Shown: in pieces, positions 1 to 7,115 of the stretch | How the letters are laid out: the number at the start of each line of letters is the position of its first letter | How positions within the stretch are numbered: position 1 is the first letter of the stretch | DNA from: Candidatus Micrarchaeota archaeon | Lineage (GTDB): Archaea; Micrarchaeota; Micrarchaeia; Micrarchaeales; CABMGC01 | Assembly: GCA_023270015.1 (NCBI GenBank) | Contig: JAGDXZ010000030.1 | Coordinates: 1-45,615, forward strand | Direction: 5' to 3' | Length of the DNA: 45,615 nucleotides | The notes under the pieces: generated by a model | Databases searched by the model: none | What the model was told of the DNA's origin: nothing | The model's input: the letters and a program-made list of their open reading frames with translations, nothing else | Translations under genes and position numbers: made by a program

Positions 1-128
1 ACATTTTTATCAATCGCACGCACTTGACAGAAATATTATTAGGGAAGAGGTATTTGGTAAAACGAGTTGTTCGCATGTTTGTTTACATTATCACTTCCCA
101 AATGCCCCAAAATGTATCCTCTTTGCGC

Positions 129-806
129 CTATCCCGATGTTCCATCTTGGCTTTCGACTTTGCTCCCCTTGGCACGCCGTCTCGATGCAATGATAAAAAT
201 AACGATGACAAGTATGATTACTATCGCACTCCCAAAAATCAACTCGATCAACTCGCTTGTTCCTGGTTTGCTGCTTTCAGGATGTGGACCAGGCCCCGGA
301 TACAGCTGTAGGGGAGAGTACGGCAGACCTGTAAGTTTGCTAAGGTACTTCAGAGGTAGGTTTGGAGAGATGTTTTTGCCTTCGGCAAGGATCTGGATTA
401 TCGAGTTGTTGGAAAGCACTGCGAGCAGAGCGAAAGAGCTGTTATAAAACTCAGTATGCAGCTCCAGCGGCCCAAACTGTGCGAAGTCGAATGACTTGTT
501 CAGTGCCTCTGGCGGAACCAACATGCCTGGTTGTAGCGCGTTTGATCCAAAGACAGCAGTATAGGTTTTTGAAGCATCTGAGTGGTTAAGGTAATTACTT
601 ATTCTCAGGGTTATCGTGTAGTTGGTTGTAGCATTGGTTGTTAAATTTATTATGTACTCGTATGCTGTTGTAAGATTATGGCAAAAAGTGCAATTGCCCC
701 CTTTCAACGCCTGCGTGGCATTTCCGCCTGCCAGGTATGTTTTGGGCAGGAGGCTGCCTATGCCAATCAGCATTATGAAGAGCGAAAACTGCAGGTATTC
801 TCTCAC
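129..806 (-). CDS. hypothetical anchored surface glycoprotein (signal/TM segment, sequon-rich ectodomain, C-terminal TM anchor)
   Basis: 225-aa ORF. It has an N-terminal hydrophobic stretch (LQFSLFIMLIGIGSLL) and at least 10 N-x-S/T sequons. The C-terminus is IELIFGSAIVIILVIVIFIIASRRRAKG. It is co-oriented with the pilin-like gene 815-2131 and lies 8 nt downstream of it. Confidence 0.5.
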   Translation of the reverse strand: MREYLQFSLFIMLIGIGSLLPKTYLAGGNATQALKGGNCTFCHNLTTAYEYIINLTTNATTNYTITLRISNYLNHSDASKTYTAVFGSNALQPGMLVPPEALNKSFDFAQFGPLELHTEFYNSSFALLAVLSNNSIIQILAEGKNISPNLPLKYLSKLTGLPYSPLQLYPGPGPHPESSKPGTSELIELIFGSAIVIILVIVIFIIASRRRAKGSKVESQDGTSG

Positions 807-814
807 GCCATCAC

Positions 815-2131
815 CTAAGTTTCATACACAGAATCAACATAGGTATATCCTTGATTGACCATGCAAGATGTGGTGCTATACTGGACCACTTTAATATACC
901 TGTACGTGCCTGTGATGGAGCTGGTTATTGGAGCACTAGAACTACCATAGCTTCCCGTGCCCGTAAACGTGTACGATGCGAAGTTTGTCCATGTGCTGCC
1001 ATCTGGCGAGGCATACCAGTTTATGCTGAAGTCTATGCAGTATCCACTGAAGCCACCGGTGACTTGTCCATACCACACGGCTGTGAACGTTCCCGTCAAA
1101 TCTGATCCGAAATCCCATACCCACGTTGCCCCCTCGTCTTGTTCTATCCACGCGTCATAAGTAGACATGTAGCCGTACACGCCATCAAGCACCAGCGTAT
1201 CTTGAGGATTGGTTTGCTTGTTGTTGTTCGATGGATACCAGCTTCCTTGAGTAGAAAAGCTTGGTAAAGATGGTGCGTAGAGTATAGTGGTTGCAGTTGT
1301 AGAGGTGGAAGTTGTCGTAGAGGTAGTGGAGATAGTAGAGGTAGTGGAGATAGTAGAGGTAGTGGAGATAGTAGAGGTGGAAGTTGTCGTAGAGGTAAAC
1401 AAAGCGTCTATAGTTCCATTGCCAGAAGCGATAAACGATGTTGATTGCGACACTGTACTACCTATGCTTATGTTTGCAGTGGTAATCCATTGTCCGAATG
1501 AATAGTATTTGTTAGGCGGAATGGCGAATAAGCTGTATTGGATTCCACTTATTACAGGCACAAGTGCATTGTTTGAATAATGGATTCCGTAGACTGCTAT
1601 TGATCCGTTTGGAGGATTTGTTTTAATAGTGATCGAATCGATAAGCTTCTTGTAATTTCCTACATATGCAATAGCGAAGCCACTCGTATTATATACTGTA
1701 TTGTGACATGCGCCGTTGCTGCATAGTTTATAAGATATGGCAAATGGAACATATTCCTGACTTCCTACTGGCAAAACAATATGCGGCATTCTTGAAATGC
1801 AAACTACTAATGCACCGTTGATTGCATTCGCAGGCAGACACGTACCAGTGGAATTGTAATTTGCAATACGTGCATATATGCCATTATTTGAGAGACTCAT
1901 CAGCGTACCTAAATTATTTACAAATATCAGTGCAGCCACACTTCCAGATGAATTAGACAAAATGCTTAGGCCATAGCACGGCAAGGATGGAGATATATAG
2001 CACGACGAAGGAGAAAAACTGCTGAACGACTTTGAAGAAACTAAAATAATTACGATGCCTATAAAAATTGCTAATATTATAAATGCCCAACCATAAGTTG
2101 TAAGGAATTCGATTGCAGATTGCACTCGCAT
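815..2131 (-). CDS. class III signal peptide (type IV pilin-like) protein with Thr/Ser repeat stalk and C-terminal galactose-binding-domain-like module
   Basis: The N-terminus MRVQSAIEFLTTYGWAFIILAIFIGIVIIL is an archaeal prepilin motif. The first ~150 aa are paralogous to ORF 15149-15631. A (TSTIST)n linker follows. The C-terminal ~150 aa carry a DG..W..W.WDFG ... PDGSTW ... YRYIKV pattern. Confidence 0.7.
   Translation of the reverse strand: MRVQSAIEFLTTYGWAFIILAIFIGIVIILVSSKSFSSFSPSSCYISPSLPCYGLSILSNSSGSVAALIFVNNLGTLMSLSNNGIYARIANYNSTGTCLPANAINGALVVCISRMPHIVLPVGSQEYVPFAISYKLCSNGACHNTVYNTSGFAIAYVGNYKKLIDSITIKTNPPNGSIAVYGIHYSNNALVPVISGIQYSLFAIPPNKYYSFGQWITTANISIGSTVSQSTSFIASGNGTIDALFTSTTTSTSTISTTSTISTTSTISTTSTTTSTSTTATTILYAPSLPSFSTQGSWYPSNNNKQTNPQDTLVLDGVYGYMSTYDAWIEQDEGATWVWDFGSDLTGTFTAVWYGQVTGGFSGYCIDFSINWYASPDGSTWTNFASYTFTGTGSYGSSSAPITSSITGTYRYIKVVQYSTTSCMVNQGYTYVDSVYET
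1305..1394. repeat. five tandem 18-bp units inside the pilin-like CDS, encoding the Thr/Ser stalk
   Basis: gtggaagttgtcgtagag (1305-1322), then gtagtggagatagtagag x3 perfect copies (1323-1376), then gtggaagttgtcgtagag (1377-1394). On the minus strand this reads as STSTTTSTSTISTTSTISTTSTISTTSTTT. Confidence 0.9.
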
Positions 2132-2530
2132 TTTTTCTCACAAATAGTGGTCTGTTTTATTTTATATGTTTTTCGCTCGCTTTATGAGGAACTGTTTGAT
2201 CTTATCGCATTTTCCAAATGCTCCTAGCGAGATCTTAGCGCTGACTATCTTAACATTATTCTAAGGAGTAGTGTAGGTAGAGTGTAATGGAGGTAGACTA
2301 GCTGTCACATCATTTGTTGTTTGTTCTTCTCAACACTATTCAGCCTAAATGCGCTATACCCTCTCTGTTCGCAGGTTTTAGGGCAGACTACAGTATCAGA
2401 AATCCTGCCTTTTTATTGCGTCAAGCACTGAAAAGGTAGCATTCACATTTACTTTGTTATTAAAACTGCGAAGGGATATTTTATTATTTTTCATAGTGTT
2501 AATGACGTTAGTATTATTGCAAGTTTTATT

Positions 2531-3052
2531 CTATCTTTTAAAGATTAGACCGTAATGATACGGGCCTGGCTTAAACTCATTCTCAAGCTTGAAGTCTTTG
2601 AAAATTGATAGGTAATCCTCTTTTGACATTCTTATCCATATTGGCGGGCCGAACGCTGTTTCTGTCTTTTCCCAGTCAATTATTATCACCTTGCCATTCT
2701 GCTTTAGGATCCGCAATATTTCCTGGTATACTGCCTCTCTATCCATATCGTGGAATGAGTTTGCGAGCAATACCGCATCTAAGCTGCTAGCGGGTATTGA
2801 AGTGTGCGCGGCGTCCTCGTTCAAGAAAACAACGTTGTCTGCTTTTATGTTTTGTCTTGCTTCTTCTATCGCCTCTGCATCAATTTCAACACAGTAAACT
2901 TTTGCTGCTAAGTCTTTGAGATATTGGCAGTAGAAGCCTGCGCCGCAGCCCAGCTCAGCCACCGTATCTTCTTTGCTTATTATCTCTTGCAAATACCCTT
3001 TTGGATTTTCGCCAAGGGCTTGGCGCATGCGTGCGCCATGCTGGTAGTGCAA
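2531..3052 (-). CDS. class I SAM-dependent methyltransferase
   Basis: Motif I is VAELGCGAGFY, followed by an acidic loop (VYCVEID) and LLANSFHDM. The TTG start abuts the PadR stop. An ATG at 3028 is an alternative start. Confidence 0.7.
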   Translation of the reverse strand: MHYQHGARMRQALGENPKGYLQEIISKEDTVAELGCGAGFYCQYLKDLAAKVYCVEIDAEAIEEARQNIKADNVVFLNEDAAHTSIPASSLDAVLLANSFHDMDREAVYQEILRILKQNGKVIIIDWEKTETAFGPPIWIRMSKEDYLSIFKDFKLENEFKPGPYHYGLIFKR

Positions 3053-3622
3053 TCAATCGCCCAGCTTGTTTGCAAGCTCCCTTAAGGCATCAAGGCGCCT
3101 TTTCTGCTCGCTGCTGATGCTTGGATCTTTTTCCAGCTCATTTATTTCGGCAAGGATCCTTTCCTTTATTCCTTCCTTATCTTCATGCCCTGCCTGCTGA
3201 CTGCTTGTTCGCTCTAAGAGCGAGCTTAGCGGAAACCATTCTTCTATTTCTGCAAGTACCTGCTTGCCCTTGTCAGTTATTTCGTAGTATTTGCCTTCTT
3301 CGCTCTCGCTTCTCTTCAGGTAGCCCTCGTCTACGAGCCTGTCAAGCTCGAAGTAGACATGGCCTGGAGAAGGCCTCCAGCAGCCATGGCTCAATTGCTC
3401 CATGTTGTTCATTATGTCTGCGCCTCTTATCTTTTGCCTGCTAGCCATTGCCAAAATGAAGTACTTCAAGCCAAAGCCGTACCTGTAGCCGCGCTCGTGC
3501 ATATCGCTATGCATTCCTGCATGCCTCATTCCCATGCCGCGCATGCCCATGCCATAGCCGCGCATTCCGCGGCCGTAGCCTCTGCCATATCCATATTCTT
3601 CGTTTTCGTTTTCAGAGTTCAT
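3053..3622 (-). CDS. PadR-family winged-helix transcriptional regulator with N-terminal Gly/Arg/Met-rich tail
   Basis: Core KYFILAMASRQKIRGADIMNNMEQLSHGCWRPSPGHVYFELDRLVDEGYLK matches the PadR wHTH pattern (W-x-PSPG-x-Y ... L..eG). The N-terminus is GYGRGYGRGMRGYGMGMRGMGMRH. Confidence 0.7.
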   Translation of the reverse strand: MNSENENEEYGYGRGYGRGMRGYGMGMRGMGMRHAGMHSDMHERGYRYGFGLKYFILAMASRQKIRGADIMNNMEQLSHGCWRPSPGHVYFELDRLVDEGYLKRSESEEGKYYEITDKGKQVLAEIEEWFPLSSLLERTSSQQAGHEDKEGIKERILAEINELEKDPSISSEQKRRLDALRELANKLGD

Positions 3623-3637
3623 GTTATCATCTTTTTC

Positions 3638-3676
3638 AGATATCTATTATAGATATATCTAATTCAGATATATAAG
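3638..3676. promoter_or_regulatory. cluster of AGATAT palindromes upstream of the PadR gene (candidate operator overlapping TATA-like sequence)
   Basis: AGATATCT (3638-3645) and TAGATATATCTA (3650-3661) are both perfect palindromes. AGATATATAAG follows at 3666-3676. The cluster sits 16-54 nt upstream of the PadR ATG at 3622. Confidence 0.35.
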
Positions 3677-3718
3677 CCTTTCTGTGCACCTTGTCCTACG
3701 TTACATAAGAAGTGTGGA

Positions 3719-3745
3719 TTTTTGACTGTCAAGTTTTGTCAAAAA
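3719..3745. promoter_or_regulatory. inverted/direct TTGAC-GTCAA repeat element in the divergent intergenic region
   Basis: The element reads TTTTTGAC-TGTCAAG-TTTT-GTCAAAAA. TTGACTGTCAA (3722-3732) is a 5-1-5 palindrome. The outer arms 3719-3726 and 3738-3745 are reverse complements. Confidence 0.3.
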
Positions 3746-3785
3746 TTGATAGTACGACAATGACATATCCATAATCTTTATTTAA

Positions 3786-4463
3786 GTGTCGAAATTTGGA
3801 GAAAAATCATTTAAAACTTTACTGACAAAAAGCAAATTGGGTGTTACCATCGAAAAGAGAACAAAAGGGCAGGTTATTGAGACTAAAAATGGAGAGAGTT
3901 TAGAAGACTTGTTGAAAGAAAACAGTCCGGAGAAAATCAAAGCAATTCTAAACGACAAAAATACAATGTCAGAAATCCTCAAATTTGGATATGCTCTCAT
4001 TGTTAAAGAGGCTCAAAAACAGCTGGATATGAAGATGAGAAAAAGGGAGCATAGCATTCCTAACGAAAGCTCAGTAAGAGAGGTATTAAAATACTTAGGC
4101 AATCTAGATGCGTTTGAAAGAGAATTTGGAATAAGCTTTGCGAATTTGATACGCGACTCTATCAACGGAAACGGCTATCCATACGATCTGCTAACATATG
4201 TAGTGCTAGTTGTCATTCAGGTGGCTTCACAAATGGAGAAAGAATGGTCGCAAGAAAACAAGAAAATAAAAAACCTAAATTTTGGCCCTGAAATCGTCAG
4301 GCTAGGCCTTAAGCTTTCTAATGCCAAAGACCACAATACAGTCAAACAGATTGGAGGCAGCGCCCTTGGAATAATAATCTATTCTGAAGCAATAAGGATA
4401 GACGGCGGCTCCGGAGGGGCTGTTCCTCAATTACACAAAGACAACCCTACAACGTTCATCTGA
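3786..4463 (+). CDS. hypothetical protein (no recognisable domain)
   Basis: 225-aa ORF with a GTG start. The start is uncertain because a TTTATTTAA TATA-like box sits immediately 5' of it. The gene is visibly more AT-rich than its neighbours. Confidence 0.4.
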   Translation: MSKFGEKSFKTLLTKSKLGVTIEKRTKGQVIETKNGESLEDLLKENSPEKIKAILNDKNTMSEILKFGYALIVKEAQKQLDMKMRKREHSIPNESSVREVLKYLGNLDAFEREFGISFANLIRDSINGNGYPYDLLTYVVLVVIQVASQMEKEWSQENKKIKNLNFGPEIVRLGLKLSNAKDHNTVKQIGGSALGIIIYSEAIRIDGGSGGAVPQLHKDNPTTFI

Positions 4464-4469
4464 CGCTTG

Positions 4470-5654
4470 TCACTTTTGTGAGTCTTTCTTGAAGAGAAAC
4501 TTGTAGCACACGCCGCTTGCAAATTGGAAAAGGCCACCTAAGAGCAGAGGTAGTGGTAGAGAGATATCCATCAAATAGCCAGATGCTCCAGCGCTCAGTT
4601 GGGCTATCCTTGTAGCAGTTCCTTGTATGCTAGATGCTGTGCCGTAATCCTCATTGCTTATCCCTCTTATGTTAACGTTGGTCCTGCTCGGGCTTCCGAA
4701 ACCCAATACTATAGATCTGACAAGGTAGAAAACTGCAGCCAAAATAAAGTAGGGCGAAAGAGCCACTGCCAACACGAGCACCGCACCAACGATTCTCGTT
4801 TCAGCCACAACATTTAGCAATCTGAACTTGTATGAGTATTTCATTGAAAGATAAAGCCCCAACGCTGTAAACAAATACACTGCTGTAAAAAGAAGGCCTA
4901 TTCCAAAGCTGTTTGCATTGTATCTGAGTTTTAGCCAAAGTGGGAGCAAGGGAAGTATGAGCCCAGTCCCAGCTCCACCCAGAGCGTTTACGATTATTAC
5001 CTTCTTCAAATATTGCCAGCTTTCCATCCTCATTATTCTGGTCGTTTTCTTTTTCTTGCCGACTTCATTAAGCTTTGAGAGGAGGAGCACCGAAACGCCC
5101 ACGAGAATCGTAGATGTTGCAAACAAAAGTCTATAGGCAGAAAGCAGACCAAACAACCTACCCAGTTCTGAGACTGAGCTGAACATTATGCTCCCCCCAA
5201 TGGCTGACACTGAAGCAACCAAACTTACTGATGAGAACTTCTTTACACGCTCGCGCTCGTCTCTGTAATTGTTGGCTATGAATGCACTCGAACCTGGAGA
5301 AAAGGAACCGCGCATGCCTCCGGCGCTGCCACTCAGACCTGCAAGAATCATGCCAATTACTATTAAAGGCACGCTAGCTGAAAACGCTATGATTGCCAAG
5401 CCCACAAAAGTTACTGTTTCACCTATTATCATCTCTGTCTTGAAGCCTTTCCGGTCACCAATGGCTCCATACAGCAGGGTAAGAAATATTGTGGAGAAGA
5501 GCACTAGAGCTGCCACAAGCCCTATTTTTACTAAACTTACGTGCAAGGCAGAAAGATACAGAGAAAAGGCCAAGCTGGAATATATCAAAGCTATGCTTCT
5601 TAGAGCTCTTGAATAAAGAAGGTACTTGAATGTTCTCTCTATTTCCTCAGTCAA
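4470..5654 (-). CDS. MFS transporter
   Basis: About 12 predicted hydrophobic helices, with motif-A-like GAIGDRKGFK after TM2. I trimmed the 520-aa track ORF to the TTG at 5654. The extra 126 aa cross the intergenic region and overlap the aminotransferase gene. Confidence 0.65.
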   Translation of the reverse strand: MTEEIERTFKYLLYSRALRSIALIYSSLAFSLYLSALHVSLVKIGLVAALVLFSTIFLTLLYGAIGDRKGFKTEMIIGETVTFVGLAIIAFSASVPLIVIGMILAGLSGSAGGMRGSFSPGSSAFIANNYRDERERVKKFSSVSLVASVSAIGGSIMFSSVSELGRLFGLLSAYRLLFATSTILVGVSVLLLSKLNEVGKKKKTTRIMRMESWQYLKKVIIVNALGGAGTGLILPLLPLWLKLRYNANSFGIGLLFTAVYLFTALGLYLSMKYSYKFRLLNVVAETRIVGAVLVLAVALSPYFILAAVFYLVRSIVLGFGSPSRTNVNIRGISNEDYGTASSIQGTATRIAQLSAGASGYLMDISLPLPLLLGGLFQFASGVCYKFLFKKDSQK

Positions 5655-5792
5655 GCAATCGCATGAATTTTCTCGTAAAAATAATATAAGATTAACCAGA
5701 CTGCACCGAATGTAGGATAGGAAGAAGAAAGAAGAAAAGAAAACAAAAGCAGAAATATTAAGATGAAGGTAGACAATCCATAAGGTGGCGCT

Positions 5793-7115
5793 ATGATAAG
5801 GATCGGTAGAAGGGTAAAAGGCATAATAGAAAGAGACAAAAAAGTTATTTTTACAACCACACGTAGCTTGTATCCTTTTGTCGCTGATAGGTTTGACGGC
5901 TATTACGCATATGACATAGAAGGAAACAAGTTCCTTGATTTCTCCACATTCATCTCCATCTACAACTTCGGCAGAGAGGGTCTGGAACTTGCAAGGCGGG
6001 CTATCAAGCTGCAGGTCGACAAACTTATGCATTCTGCCTTCCAGGATTTCTATGCAGAACTGCCAGTGGTCACCGCTGAGAAGCTTATAAGCCTGCTTCC
6101 AAACGGCTTTGGCAGAGTTTTCTTCTCCAACTCAGGCACAGAAGCCAACGAGGACGCAATAAAGCTTGCAAGGCTTTTTACCAAAAGGCCGTATTTGCTT
6201 GCATTTTACAACTCCTTCCACGGCCGCTCGCTCGGCTCGCTATCGATGACGTCTAGCAAAGTTGCACAGCGCGCACATCTTGGCCCCTTTGTGGGCTTTT
6301 ACCATGCGTTTTATCCGAATCCTTACCGCTGCCCATTCCACTCCTCTAGCCCAGAAGAGTGCGCAGAGGAAAGTTTGGACTTCATAGAAAACTTCTTGTT
6401 CAGGAAGGTAGTATCTCCTGAGGAAATAGCGGGCATATTCGTAGAGCCGGTACAGGGCGAAGGCGGCTACATAGTGCCGCCCAAGGAGTTTATTATAGGC
6501 CTAAGAAAGCTGGCAGACGAGCACAATATTCTGCTTATTGATGACGAGATACAGGCCGGGCTTATGAGAACAGGCAAGTTTGTAGCAATGGACCATTTCG
6601 GCGTAAAGGCAGACATATACACATTTGCAAAGGCGCTTGGTGGAGGCCTGCCGCTAGGGGCTACAGTAGCAAAGAGGAGCCTTGGAGACACGCCCGAAGG
6701 CTCGCATGCTGGCACGTTCGGGGGCAATTTGCTAAGCATAGCTGCATCGAACGCGCTGCTTGATTACATAAAGAGGAACAGAGCAAAGCTTGAGCAGATG
6801 GCAGCAAGGAAAGGGTCTATGATACTTAAGAGGCTAAACGAAATGAGGGAAAGCTACGAGCTTGTGGGCGACGCTAGGGGGCTAGGCATGATGCTGGCAA
6901 TAGAGCTAGTAAAGAGCAAAGAAAGCAAAGAGCCTGCTACAAAGGAGCGTGAGGCTGTGCTTAACAAGTGCTTCGAAAAGGGCTTGATTCTGCTCGGAAG
7001 CGGCGAGTCATCAATAAGGATAATACCTGCAATAACAATGCCTGAAGAGCTAATAAACAAAGGGCTAGACGTGCTCGAAGAAGCCATAAAGGAGGTTTCA
7101 AACAAAGGCGCTTAG
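5793..7115 (+). CDS. class III pyridoxal-phosphate aminotransferase (GABA/acetylornithine aminotransferase family)
   Basis: Motifs SNSGTEANEDAIKLAR, LLIDDEIQAGLMRTGKF and TFAKALGGGLPLGA (PLP lysine). GGTGG lies 5 nt 5' of the ATG. Confidence 0.85.
   Translation: MIRIGRRVKGIIERDKKVIFTTTRSLYPFVADRFDGYYAYDIEGNKFLDFSTFISIYNFGREGLELARRAIKLQVDKLMHSAFQDFYAELPVVTAEKLISLLPNGFGRVFFSNSGTEANEDAIKLARLFTKRPYLLAFYNSFHGRSLGSLSMTSSKVAQRAHLGPFVGFYHAFYPNPYRCPFHSSSPEECAEESLDFIENFLFRKVVSPEEIAGIFVEPVQGEGGYIVPPKEFIIGLRKLADEHNILLIDDEIQAGLMRTGKFVAMDHFGVKADIYTFAKALGGGLPLGATVAKRSLGDTPEGSHAGTFGGNLLSIAASNALLDYIKRNRAKLEQMAARKGSMILKRLNEMRESYELVGDARGLGMMLAIELVKSKESKEPATKEREAVLNKCFEKGLILLGSGESSIRIIPAITMPEELINKGLDVLEEAIKEVSNKGA

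Noticed and set aside
24-447. Plus-strand ORFs 24-311 and 67-447
   Set aside because: They are antisense to ORF 129-806. That ORF has a coherent signal peptide / sequon-rich ectodomain / TM-anchor architecture and is operonic with the pilin gene. The plus-strand ORFs have no features.
1305-1394. Possible CRISPR-like repeat array
   Set aside because: The units are contiguous 18-mers with no spacers, in frame, inside a CDS. No CRISPR array or cas gene is present anywhere in the window.
1287-1505. ORF encoding (VEVVE)n
   Set aside because: This is the antisense reading of the Thr/Ser stalk repeat of the pilin-like gene. The Ser-rich ORF 21835-22155, antisense to the AglB charged segment, is rejected for the same reason.
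5655-6032. N-terminal 126-aa extension of the 520-aa MFS ORF
   Set aside because: It crosses the divergent promoter region and overlaps the aminotransferase start by 240 nt. The MFS motif-A spacing fits a start near 5654.
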